IMG/VR virus record: IMGVR_UViG_2902146782_000003
Length of the DNA stretch: 64,000 nt
Direction: 5' to 3' (one strand)
Source of the DNA: a virus
Lineage: Duplodnaviria; Heunggongvirae; Uroviricota; Caudoviricetes
The first letter of the stretch is position 1. Every line of letters starts with the position of its first letter. The notes beneath the pieces were generated by a model, which was not told where the DNA came from, did no database searches, and worked only from the letters and a program-made list of their open reading frames with translations. Positions 10,439 through 19,788 of this stretch are shown here, in pieces. The position numbers and the translations under genes are program-made.

Positions 10439-10795
10439 ATGAATGAAATTACTGATTATTCAAAAGAACTTAATTCTATTATTTCATATACTGATTTACA
10501 AATTTCAGACATTTTGCATTATATTGAATTTCATAAGTTTTCTGCGGCAGAAGGATATAAATTATGCAAAAAGTTGCAAGAGATTTGTGATAGACGAAGA
10601 GAAGCCAAAAATAAAATACAAATTATAAACACGATAAAACATCAATCGTGTGCAAGTGTTTTATCTGGAAATGCTACTAAAATAATAGAAAAAATTGTAC
10701 CAGATAAAAAATATACTCCAAGAGTATTTGATGAATTGTTCAAAAAGAATCAGTCACGAATAAGAAAAGAAAAATCAGTGAAAATAAAAATTTAA
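10439..10795 (+). CDS. hypothetical protein
   Basis: ORF only. Confidence 0.4.
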   Translation: MNEITDYSKELNSIISYTDLQISDILHYIEFHKFSAAEGYKLCKKLQEICDRRREAKNKIQIINTIKHQSCASVLSGNATKIIEKIVPDKKYTPRVFDELFKKNQSRIRKEKSVKIKI

Positions 10796-10818
10796 TTAAA
10801 CAATAAGGAGATAAAAAT

Positions 10819-12888
10819 ATGTTTAAAGATTTTGTAAAGGCAATCCAGAAAAATTTACAGCAGATGTCTAAAGATTCTTCAAGATTATTCACAGTAAATG
10901 TGGATACCGAGGAGCTTTATAATTTATATCTGGATTCGTTTCCGGCAGGTACAAATGAAATTTACAGAGAAAGAAGAGAATATGACTGTAGTTGCTGTAG
11001 ACATTTTATCAGAGACGTTGGTAACGTTGTATCTATTAAAAATGGTGAGTTACATACCATTTGGGGAATTAATCCAGTATCAGATGATAAATATAATGTA
11101 GTCGCAGCTGCGCTTGATGCCTATGTAAAACAGAAAGCGGTATTAGGGGTATTCCTCAAAAAAGAGAAACGAATTGGTACTCCTGAAAATAGAGAAATGC
11201 TCCCGACAGGAAAAATTAATAAATACGAGCATTTCTTCGTAGATCTGCCAGAAATTTGTATCTTTAAGGAATGTTATGGACATACACTTGAAGGTGATTT
11301 AAGTCAATTCAGAGATGTCCGTAATGTATTTAAACGTTCTCTTGATGAAATTAGTAAAGAAGCTGTAGATACTGTACTTGAACTGATTGCTCAAAATTCT
11401 TTATATAAAGGTGCCGAATGGAAAAAGCAACTTACTGAATTTAAGAATTATCAGAAAGAATATGGAAAGCTTACGGATGAACAGAAAGAACTTTGGATCT
11501 GGGAAAAGTCAATTGCTGCAGGTGCCGTTATCGGTAAGATTCGTAACCATAGTATTGGAACATTGCTGGTAAATATTTCCGAAGGAATGGATCTTGACCT
11601 TGCCGTTAGAAAATATGAGCAGATTGTAGCCCCTGTAAATTATAAACGTCCAAAGGCAATTTTTACAAAGAAGATGCTTGAAGATGCAAAGAAGACTATT
11701 ACAGAACTTGGTTATATGGATTCATTACAGAGAAGATTTGCTACCTTGGATGATATCACAGTGAACAATATACTTTTCTCTAATAAAGACGCAGCAAAGA
11801 GAATTACCGGCGCTATGGATTTGTTTGATGAAATGGAACAGGATGTTGCAATTGATCCAAAACGATTCTCTAAGGTAGAGGAAATAAGTGCAGAAGATTT
11901 CATTAAGAATGTTTTGCCAGTGGCAAAGGAACTGGAAGTATACCTGGAGAATAAACATATTCAAAATATGGTATCTTTGATTGCTCCAGAAGTTGCTGAT
12001 GCGAAAACAATGTTCAAATGGAACAATGGAATGTCTTGGGCGTATACCGGTAATATTACAGATTCAGATATCAAAGAAAATGTAAAAGCTGCTGGTGGTT
12101 CAGTCACAGGCATTGTAAGATTTTCTATTCAATGGAATGATGGAAACGGTAAGGATAATTCAGATCTTGATGCTCATTGCCTCGAACCACAAGGCGGAGA
12201 TCATATTTATTTTAGTCATAAAATATCAAGATATACTGGTGGTGAATTAGATATTGATATTACCGATCCAATATATCAATGTAAATCAAATGGTGGAGTA
12301 GCAGTTGAAAACATCACATATCCATCAAAAGAAAGAATGAAACCTGGTACATATAAATTCTATGTTAATCAGTATTCATTCAGAAATTCTCAGGGATTTA
12401 AGGCTGAGGTAGAGGTAAATGGTGAAATTCATTCTTACGAATACAATACTCCAGTACGTGGTAATGTAGATGTTGCAGAAGTAATCCTTGATCAGTCAGG
12501 AAATTTCAAAGTAGTGGACAAACTTCCAGGAAATTGTGCAACAATCAGTAAAGATGTCTGGGGAATTAAAACTTTGCAGTTTACACCGGTATCAGTTGTA
12601 TGTTACTCACCAAATTACTGGGATGAACAGAAGGGAATTGGTCATCAGCACTTATTCTTTATGCTGAAGGACTGCATCAATCCAGAAGAGCCGAATGGAT
12701 ATTATAATGAATTCTTGAAACCGGAACTTGAGCAGCACCGAAGAGTATTTGAAGCGCTTGGAGCAAAAGCACATGTAAAAGATGTTGATGATCAGCTTTC
12801 AGGAGTAGGATTTTCACTTACAAAGAGAAATGATCTAATTATTAAAGTAAAAGGCGCTACAGAGCGAGTATTAAAAATCAAATTCTAA
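10819..12888 (+). CDS. large hypothetical protein (689 aa) of unknown function
   Basis: long ORF with AAGGAG RBS; no recognisable catalytic motifs; beta-rich C-terminal half. Confidence 0.55.
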   Translation: MFKDFVKAIQKNLQQMSKDSSRLFTVNVDTEELYNLYLDSFPAGTNEIYRERREYDCSCCRHFIRDVGNVVSIKNGELHTIWGINPVSDDKYNVVAAALDAYVKQKAVLGVFLKKEKRIGTPENREMLPTGKINKYEHFFVDLPEICIFKECYGHTLEGDLSQFRDVRNVFKRSLDEISKEAVDTVLELIAQNSLYKGAEWKKQLTEFKNYQKEYGKLTDEQKELWIWEKSIAAGAVIGKIRNHSIGTLLVNISEGMDLDLAVRKYEQIVAPVNYKRPKAIFTKKMLEDAKKTITELGYMDSLQRRFATLDDITVNNILFSNKDAAKRITGAMDLFDEMEQDVAIDPKRFSKVEEISAEDFIKNVLPVAKELEVYLENKHIQNMVSLIAPEVADAKTMFKWNNGMSWAYTGNITDSDIKENVKAAGGSVTGIVRFSIQWNDGNGKDNSDLDAHCLEPQGGDHIYFSHKISRYTGGELDIDITDPIYQCKSNGGVAVENITYPSKERMKPGTYKFYVNQYSFRNSQGFKAEVEVNGEIHSYEYNTPVRGNVDVAEVILDQSGNFKVVDKLPGNCATISKDVWGIKTLQFTPVSVVCYSPNYWDEQKGIGHQHLFFMLKDCINPEEPNGYYNEFLKPELEQHRRVFEALGAKAHVKDVDDQLSGVGFSLTKRNDLIIKVKGATERVLKIKF

Positions 12889-12921
12889 TACAATTTAATT
12901 AAACAAAGAAGGGAGAAAGTT

Positions 12922-13416
12922 ATGAAATTTAAAGAAGCATTTGAAGAAATGAAATCTGGAATTCCAATAAAACTTCCGTCATGGGCGGGTTATTGGTGGT
13001 GGGATGAAGAATCCCAGACAATCCTTATGTACACAAAAGATGGCGGCTGTCTGGATATAAGAGAAACACAGAATGTGGAGTATACGCTTCAGAATATTCT
13101 TTCCGATGAGTGGGTTTATGCGGATAGTCGGAACTGCCCAATACTTGGTGGAGAAGCAACATTCTCATTCGGAGAAGCGATTAAGTACCTGAAAAGAGGA
13201 TTTAAAGTGGCACGTAAAGGCTGGAACGGTAAGAAACAGTATATTCAGCTTGCGACTGGGATTTCTTATAAGACTGCTGATAATGAGATTGTAAATTGTG
13301 AGCATGACGCAATCGGAAATAAAGCCATCGCTTTTGTTGGAACATCTGGCGTACAGATGGGATGGCTTGCTACCCAGTCTGATATGCTCGCAGAAGACTG
13401 GATGTTTGTTAAATAA
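12922..13416 (+). CDS. tandem DUF2829-like protein
   Basis: two repeats of the KxGxxVxRxGWNGK ... WxxSQxDMLAEDWMFV pattern typical of phage DUF2829. Confidence 0.5.
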   Translation: MKFKEAFEEMKSGIPIKLPSWAGYWWWDEESQTILMYTKDGGCLDIRETQNVEYTLQNILSDEWVYADSRNCPILGGEATFSFGEAIKYLKRGFKVARKGWNGKKQYIQLATGISYKTADNEIVNCEHDAIGNKAIAFVGTSGVQMGWLATQSDMLAEDWMFVK

Positions 13417-13443
13417 AATTATATGTATTGGAGGAATAAAAAC

Positions 13444-13824
13444 ATGGAACTTACAAATATTTTTGAGGCGGCAACAAGATATAAATACAGATTCCCGTTC
13501 AAAGGAATGATTTCAGTAGAGGATTTATGGGATCTGAAATTACAGGATTTGGATTCAGTATTTAAACTGCTGAATAAAGAGAAAAAGCAGAGTGATGAAG
13601 AAAGTCTGTTACAGGTTAAATCTGAAGCAGACCAGGAGCTGGAAAATAAAATTCAGATTGTGAAATTCATTGTACAGGTAAAACAGGCAGAAGCTGCAGA
13701 GAGACTTGCTGCGAAAGATAAGAAAGAGCGTAATCAGAAGATTATGAGAATCATTGAGAGAAAGCAGAACGAAGCTCTGGAAGGCAAGAGTCTTGAAGAA
13801 CTGACAGCTATGTTAGAGGAGTAA
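13444..13824 (+). CDS. coiled-coil protein
   Basis: ORF after GGAGG RBS; its C-terminal third is duplicated downstream at 14003-14184. Confidence 0.45.
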   Translation: MELTNIFEAATRYKYRFPFKGMISVEDLWDLKLQDLDSVFKLLNKEKKQSDEESLLQVKSEADQELENKIQIVKFIVQVKQAEAAERLAAKDKKERNQKIMRIIERKQNEALEGKSLEELTAMLEE

Positions 13825-13827
13825 TAT

Positions 13828-14001
13828 ATGAGAATACTTGGAGATATTGCAGCATTTTTGTTTATGGCAATTGTGATATTAATTTTATTGCTAATTTTGT
13901 GTTTTATATGTGCTGCGGTATTAGCTGTAATTGTAGAAGCTATATACGAGGAAACCGGAAAATTAGAAGCTTTGTATAATATTTTACGCCATCTTCTTTA
14001 A
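13828..14001 (+). CDS. small transmembrane peptide (57 aa)
   Basis: ORF absent from the track (below 60 aa); hydrophobic core; paralogue of 14181-14372. Confidence 0.35.
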   Translation: MRILGDIAAFLFMAIVILILLLILCFICAAVLAVIVEAIYEETGKLEALYNILRHLL

Positions 14002-14002
14002 G

Positions 14003-14184
14003 GAAAATAAAATTCAGATTGTAAAATATATTGTTAAGTTTAAGCAGGAAGAGATTGAAGAGCGTCTTCAGGCAAAAGACAAAAAAAATACAATCAGAAG
14101 CTGCTTGAACTGATCGAACGCAAACAGAATGAGGAGCTTGCCGGAAAGTCTATTGAGGAACTGCAGGCAATGCTTAAGGCATGA
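14003..14184 (+). pseudogene. degenerate duplicate of the 3' end of gene 13444-13824 (frameshifted in an A8 run)
   Basis: translation ENKIQIVKYIVKFKQEEIEERLQAKDKK ... IERKQNEELAGKSIEELQAMLKA parallels residues about 75-133 of the upstream protein. Confidence 0.45.
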
Positions 14185-14372
14185 TGTTGATTACAGAATT
14201 GTTAAATATTACATTACTTACTGTGTACTTTGTATTGGTATCAATGGGAATATTAGTCTTTATAGTGTTTCTTACAACCTTTATGTACGCAGTAGTAATG
14301 ATAATATATAGATTCACTGGAAAGCTGGGAAAGCTTTACAGAATACTAGAAGAAATAGAAAGGAAATTTTAA
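14181..14372 (+). CDS. small transmembrane peptide (63 aa), paralogue of 13828-14001
   Basis: hydrophobic ORF; shared C-terminal TGKLxxLYxIL motif. Confidence 0.4.
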   Translation: MMLITELLNITLLTVYFVLVSMGILVFIVFLTTFMYAVVMIIYRFTGKLGKLYRILEEIERKF

Positions 14373-17036
14373 ATGAAGAACGGCTTATCAAATGAACAGG
14401 TCGAAGAGAGTCGAAAATTACATGGAAGTAACAAGCTTCCTGAACCGAAACAAAAGAAATGGTATCATTTTGCAAAGGAAGCACTGACAGAACCAATTAC
14501 ATTGATTTTGATTATTATCGCTGTATTTGAACTTGTGCTTGGAATATTAGGTGTAGCGGAGTTATCCGAACCAATTATGATCCTCTTAGTTCTTGCCATT
14601 GTTACTGGTTTGGCAATTAAGACTGGGCTTGGTGTTCAGAAATCAGCTGCAGAGCTAAGGGCCAAAACATCCGTGCGATATTGCGATGTAATTAGAAATG
14701 GAAAATTGCAGACTATTAATAAGAATGATCTTGTAGTTGGAGATCTTACTATTATTAGAACAGGCCAGGAAATTTTTGCAGATGGATATATTGTCGAAGG
14801 GAAAATTTCTGTAAATAATGCAGCAATTAATGGAGAAACAAAAGAATGCGTCAAGACTCCAATAGAAGGATTTGTTTATACTAAATCAACATCTACAGAT
14901 ACATATACAAATCAAAATTGTCTTTTTTCAGGTACTACAGTAGTTTCTGGAGAAGGCAAAATGTTTGTGACGGATGTTGGTGTAAATACAGTCAATGGAG
15001 ACACACTTGTTAAAATGCAGACGCTTGAAGCTCCAAAAACAGCTCTTGATATTGCAATTGATAATCTGTGCGATTTTATTTCCAAGTGGGGAACAATCGC
15101 AGCGGTTCTTGCTTTTATTGTCATGACTGTATCCGGAATTATGAATGTTGGTGGTTTTGGCTCATATTTTTCAGGAGATATTCTTGAAATCGTACAGAAA
15201 ATTGCACAGAACTTTGCAAATGCATTGACGATCATTGTTGCTGCGGTCCCGGAAGGATTGCCACTTATTATTAAACTTGTCACAAAGCAAAATGTAAGTA
15301 CTATGGAAAAATTTAATATCCTGGCCAAAAATCCAGGAAAGATTCCAGAGCTTGCATACGTAAATCTTATTTGTACTGATAAAACAGGAACTCTCACCAC
15401 TGGAGTAATGACTCCGAAGACAATGGTAAACGGATTGTGTGAGAATATTATGAATTCAAAATCTGTGCTTAATGATTTGATTATGAATAATATTTGCCTG
15501 AATAATAGTGCAGAATTTGATTCTGATGGAAATATTACTGGAGGTAACTCTATTGATCGTGCTGTACTTGGTATGTATTCTTCAACGGATACTTCCGGTG
15601 TTAAGAATAGATTTACAGTCAAGGCAAAACAGCCATTCAGTAGTGAAAACAAATATTCGGCCATTATGGTAGACAATGGTGAGAATGTTGTAACATTTTA
15701 CAAAGGCGCACCAGAGAAGTTAATTGACGGATGTACTCATTTTGTTCATTCTGATGGTTACATAGACGAGTTCGGAGAAACTAAAAAGGACGCACTAAGA
15801 TCATATATTAAAGGAATGACAGAAAAAGCAATGCGTTGTATTGTATTAACTATGTCTGATAGCTTTAAAGAAAATGATCTTCCTAACAATATGAGTTTTT
15901 TATGTGTGATTGGTGTTGTTGATCCGATCAGACCGGAAGTGCCAGAGGCGGTCAGAGTAGCACATAACGCAGGTATCCAAGTTATTGAGATTACTGGTGA
16001 TTGTCTTGAAACAGCAAAAGCTGTAGCAACGGAAGCAGGTATTTACAGAACAGGAGACTTGGCTGTTACCAATGATGAATTTGAAGCTATGACGGATGAA
16101 AAAGTAAGAGAAATTCTTCCAAAGCTTACAGTAATTTCAAGATGTTCACCAAATACAAAGCTTCGTCTTATAAATATTGCACAGAATACAGGGATGTCTG
16201 TTGGAGTCGGAATGTCTGAAGGAAACGCTGGGATGTCTGTCGCTATGACAGGTGATGGTGTAAATGATTCCCCGGCACTTAAAAAGGCAGATGTTGGATT
16301 CGCAATGCAGGCCGGATCAGACGTAGCAAAGGAAGCAGGAGACATTATTCTTACAGATAATAACTTCGCAAGTGTCGTAAAAGGTATAGAGCTTGGTAGA
16401 ACATTTATGCATAATATTATGATGTTTCTTGAGTTCCAGCTGCCAATCAATATATCATTACTCATTATGAGTATGTTATATCCAGTTATTTCTGGAGGAA
16501 GCCCGTTCTTAGCAGCAGTACAGATCCTTATTATCAATATCATCATGGACTCTCTGAATTCTCTGAGTTTTGGCGGAGAACCACCGAAAGAAGAGTACAT
16601 GAAAGAGAAACCATTAAGAAAAGGATCTGGATTATTTATTAATGGTGCAATGGCAAGAATACTTTCTACAACTGCTATGTTTATTCTTATATTCGGAGTT
16701 ATTATATTTGGATTTGACAATATATTTACAACAGATGTATCAGCGATGACCGCAAGATTTGCCACACTTTGTATCATGGCAGTATTTAATGGATTCTTAA
16801 TTCGCACAGATAGCATCAATTTATTCAAAGGAATTGGGAAGAATAAACTGTTCATTTATATTGCAATTGGAATCTTTGTAATGACATTTCTGTTATGTAA
16901 TGTGGTAGGTAGCTTTGTACAGACTACAGTACTTAGCTTATATCAGTGGGGAATTGTATTTGGGCTTCCATTCTGTATTGTTATTGACACTTTGGTTGCA
17001 CGTTTGATTGAAAAGACAATGATTAATAAGAAATAA
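14373..17036 (+). CDS. P-type cation-transporting ATPase (P2/Ca2+-ATPase-like)
   Basis: phosphorylation site ICTDKTGTLT, hinge TGDGVNDSPAL, N-terminal cation-ATPase domain, ten predicted TM segments; 887 aa. Confidence 0.9.
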   Translation: MKNGLSNEQVEESRKLHGSNKLPEPKQKKWYHFAKEALTEPITLILIIIAVFELVLGILGVAELSEPIMILLVLAIVTGLAIKTGLGVQKSAAELRAKTSVRYCDVIRNGKLQTINKNDLVVGDLTIIRTGQEIFADGYIVEGKISVNNAAINGETKECVKTPIEGFVYTKSTSTDTYTNQNCLFSGTTVVSGEGKMFVTDVGVNTVNGDTLVKMQTLEAPKTALDIAIDNLCDFISKWGTIAAVLAFIVMTVSGIMNVGGFGSYFSGDILEIVQKIAQNFANALTIIVAAVPEGLPLIIKLVTKQNVSTMEKFNILAKNPGKIPELAYVNLICTDKTGTLTTGVMTPKTMVNGLCENIMNSKSVLNDLIMNNICLNNSAEFDSDGNITGGNSIDRAVLGMYSSTDTSGVKNRFTVKAKQPFSSENKYSAIMVDNGENVVTFYKGAPEKLIDGCTHFVHSDGYIDEFGETKKDALRSYIKGMTEKAMRCIVLTMSDSFKENDLPNNMSFLCVIGVVDPIRPEVPEAVRVAHNAGIQVIEITGDCLETAKAVATEAGIYRTGDLAVTNDEFEAMTDEKVREILPKLTVISRCSPNTKLRLINIAQNTGMSVGVGMSEGNAGMSVAMTGDGVNDSPALKKADVGFAMQAGSDVAKEAGDIILTDNNFASVVKGIELGRTFMHNIMMFLEFQLPINISLLIMSMLYPVISGGSPFLAAVQILIINIIMDSLNSLSFGGEPPKEEYMKEKPLRKGSGLFINGAMARILSTTAMFILIFGVIIFGFDNIFTTDVSAMTARFATLCIMAVFNGFLIRTDSINLFKGIGKNKLFIYIAIGIFVMTFLLCNVVGSFVQTTVLSLYQWGIVFGLPFCIVIDTLVARLIEKTMINKK

Positions 17037-17048
17037 GGAGAATAGAAA

Positions 17049-17843
17049 ATGGGATTTTTAGGAAAGTTATTTGGAAAAAAAGAAAATGATACGATAGAGA
17101 ATACGGTAACGCAGCAGATTACAACAGAAAAAGATTTACAGAACCAGAATGATGAGGAGTCAAATTCTCCTATGATGCCAATTGATATGTCAAAACACCA
17201 AGAGAATTTAAATACTGTCCTGATCAATATGTCAAAAGATAACAAAATTGACATGACAAAACATGTAGCGAGAGTAGCATTGGTCATGGATTATTCCGGA
17301 AGCATGAGCAATCTTTTCCGTAATGGATCTGTTCAGGAAACAGTTTCTCGGCTGTTACCAATTGCTCTTCGATTTGATGATAATGGTGAACTTGAGAGTT
17401 GGTTATTTTCTAACGGAAGTGAAAGACTTGCAGCTGTTACAAAAGACAATTATTCAACATATGTAAGAAAAGTAATGAATAAAGCAAATATGAGTATGGG
17501 CGGGACTAACTATGCACCCGTATTAAAGGAAATGGTTTCTTATTATAAAGATATTGAACCAAGTGAAGTGCCAGCATTTATTATTTTTATCACAGATGGA
17601 GAAAATTGGGATACGAATGAGACAAATAAAATCGTAAAAGAACTTTCTAATTACAATATGTTTGTACAGTTTATTGGAATTGGAGATGAAAGTTTTAATT
17701 ATCTTCGATCTTTAGATCATATGGAAGGCAGAAAACATGACAATACTGGTTTTACAGCAGTAAAAGATATGAACAAAATGACTGATGAGCAGCTGTATAC
17801 AGAGATTCTTCGTCAGTATAAAGATTGGCTCAATAAAAAATAA
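17049..17843 (+). CDS. vWA-domain protein (vWA-TerF-like)
   Basis: MIDAS-type DYSGSM motif; ITDGE motif; adjacent to TerD. Confidence 0.7.
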   Translation: MGFLGKLFGKKENDTIENTVTQQITTEKDLQNQNDEESNSPMMPIDMSKHQENLNTVLINMSKDNKIDMTKHVARVALVMDYSGSMSNLFRNGSVQETVSRLLPIALRFDDNGELESWLFSNGSERLAAVTKDNYSTYVRKVMNKANMSMGGTNYAPVLKEMVSYYKDIEPSEVPAFIIFITDGENWDTNETNKIVKELSNYNMFVQFIGIGDESFNYLRSLDHMEGRKHDNTGFTAVKDMNKMTDEQLYTEILRQYKDWLNKK

Positions 17844-17902
17844 TTCTATACTGTAAATAATAAATTATATATAAATAAAGTAAATTAAAGGAGATTAAGA
17901 TT

Positions 17903-18541
17903 ATGGCAACAATTAATATGAGCAAAAAACAGAAAATCAGTATGACAAAGGAAGATGGATCTGCAGTAAAGAATTTTTTTATTGGTGTGAACTGGGAGCA
18001 AAATAGATACGCCGGAGAAGCCGATATTGATTTTGACATCAATGGAATGCTTACTAATGGAGATCGGAAGGTGACATATCCGGGAGATTTGGTAAATTAT
18101 AATACATATGGAGATGGATCTGCTTATCCGTGGATTGATTATTCCGGAGATAATCTCACTGGAAATGATTCTCAGGGCATGATGTTTAATGGAAAACATT
18201 ACGATGAATATTTTATTGTCCACGCAGATCAGTTTCCGGAGAATAAAACAGACTTTACCATTTGTCTTACTATTTTCAGAGCGGTACAGCGCCTTCAGAA
18301 TTTTGGTATGGTAAGTAATGCAACTATAATGATCTGTGATTATGATAATCCAGACGGAGATAAGTACGAATATAATCTGTCTGAGAATGAGAATTTTGAA
18401 AATCTGAACGCCGTAGAGATGGGAAGGCTTTATAAATACGGAGATGGATTTAAATTCCAGGCACTTGGATCAGGATATACCGGAGGAATGACAGAATTGT
18501 TTAAGAATTTCGGTCTTGACATTGATGAGGGAAGGGATTAA
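17903..18541 (+). CDS. TerD-family (tellurite-resistance/Ca-binding) domain protein
   Basis: GVNWEQ ... DIDFDINGML ... YSGDNLTGNDSQG pattern characteristic of TerD/TerZ. Confidence 0.75.
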   Translation: MATINMSKKQKISMTKEDGSAVKNFFIGVNWEQNRYAGEADIDFDINGMLTNGDRKVTYPGDLVNYNTYGDGSAYPWIDYSGDNLTGNDSQGMMFNGKHYDEYFIVHADQFPENKTDFTICLTIFRAVQRLQNFGMVSNATIMICDYDNPDGDKYEYNLSENENFENLNAVEMGRLYKYGDGFKFQALGSGYTGGMTELFKNFGLDIDEGRD

Positions 18542-18543
18542 TC

Positions 18544-19287
18544 ATGAAAATTACATTTGGAGCAGTATTATTAATTGCTATTATTGTTGCAGCGTTTTTC
18601 TTTTTCAGAAGTAAAACAGGGAAACGAGTAAAAACAAGAGCAACGGGTACAGCAACGGAGGCTATCATTAAAGATGCCTCCACCCCGGAAGGGGCAAAAG
18701 CTTATTATAACGAAGCTATTGATGCTAAAAAGGATCAGTATAATAAGGCAAATCAGATCTATACACAGATGCTTGGCAAGATCACTTCTTATGAGGAGCA
18801 GCTTCGAGCATTACAAAAAGAAAATATGCAGCTTAATTTAAACATTAACGCTTGTATCGATAAAGGCGATGATGAAGGGGCTAAAGTATATTTGAAGAAA
18901 CAGCAGGATGCAGAAGATAAGATTGCTGTTTTAAAAGATACACTTAAAGAACTTAGATCTAATGCAACCGCTCAAAAGGAAATGCTTGACAGTGCGCTTC
19001 AGGCGGTAAATGATCTTAAGTCTGAAAAGGATAAGGCAATTCTTACTCTTGAAACGGCGCAGGTTACAAAATCCTTACAGGTTACTCCTGGCGCTTCAGA
19101 CAAGGAAGAAGACAAAATGCTTGAAGTTGTTCGTGAAGGTATCAAAAAGCAAAAAGAAGCTGCAGACGGTACAAAGGCTGCATTTGATGCATCTGCAGAT
19201 GTACAGCAGAAGCGCCTTGATAAGAAGATGAAAGACGAGGCCATTGATAAGAAACTGCAGGAGTTAAAAGTAAGGAAAGGAAAATAA
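18544..19287 (+). CDS. PspA/IM30 (ESCRT-III-like) family protein with N-terminal TM anchor
   Basis: N-terminal hydrophobic helix followed by a long heptad coiled coil resembling PspA/LiaH. Confidence 0.55.
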   Translation: MKITFGAVLLIAIIVAAFFFFRSKTGKRVKTRATGTATEAIIKDASTPEGAKAYYNEAIDAKKDQYNKANQIYTQMLGKITSYEEQLRALQKENMQLNLNINACIDKGDDEGAKVYLKKQQDAEDKIAVLKDTLKELRSNATAQKEMLDSALQAVNDLKSEKDKAILTLETAQVTKSLQVTPGASDKEEDKMLEVVREGIKKQKEAADGTKAAFDASADVQQKRLDKKMKDEAIDKKLQELKVRKGK

Positions 19288-19392
19288 AATGGTCGCATTA
19301 AATATGGGAACATTTGTTATATGCCTCGCGCTTGCCTTTCTAGCAGGCGTGGTGGTAAAAACTATTATATCGAGAAAATAAAGGTGTGCAAT

Positions 19393-19776
19393 ATGTTGAT
19401 AAGAAAAGAAATTATTCCAATAGATGAGGTATATTCAGCAGTAAAAGATGTATTGTTCGAACCAAATAGAAAGAAATCCTTTGTTAATATTCGTGGGGAT
19501 TTAATTAAAGGAAATAGTCAGCGATTTCAGACGTTTTTTACAAAAGGATTGAAATGCGTCTCTTGTGGAATAGAAGGCAAATATTTCGCAAAGGAAAAAA
19601 CAAAGGGAGATAAGAGATATCATTTAAATCTATATGCTATAGATGGTAATGGAAAAGAGGTATTAATGACAAAAGATCATATTTTTCCTCATAATAAAGG
19701 CGGAAAGAATAATATCTCTAATTATCAAACTATGTGTGTGAAATGCAATGTAGCAAAAGGAAGTAGGATATTATAG
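19393..19776 (+). CDS. HNH endonuclease
   Basis: HIFPHNKGGKNNISNYQTMCVKCNVAKG HNH motif. Confidence 0.7.
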   Translation: MLIRKEIIPIDEVYSAVKDVLFEPNRKKSFVNIRGDLIKGNSQRFQTFFTKGLKCVSCGIEGKYFAKEKTKGDKRYHLNLYAIDGNGKEVLMTKDHIFPHNKGGKNNISNYQTMCVKCNVAKGSRIL

Positions 19777-19788
19777 GAGGAGACAATT

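Noticed and set aside
10443-11101. Alternative-frame ORFs 10443-10628, 10898-11101, 11387-11572, 13298-13510, 19010-19231, 36314-36505, 37267-37530, 43998-44321, 48350-48547, 52452-52670, 57758-57943, 61647-61892
   Set aside because: They overlap better-supported same-strand genes in another frame, and their translations are low complexity.
18544-19287. Calling 18544-19287 a tail/structural coiled-coil protein
   Set aside because: The N-terminal TM anchor plus the PspA/IM30-like heptad pattern, and the neighbourhood (TerD, vWA, ATPase), fit a membrane-stress protein better than a virion component. This is kept as a tentative PspA-like call.
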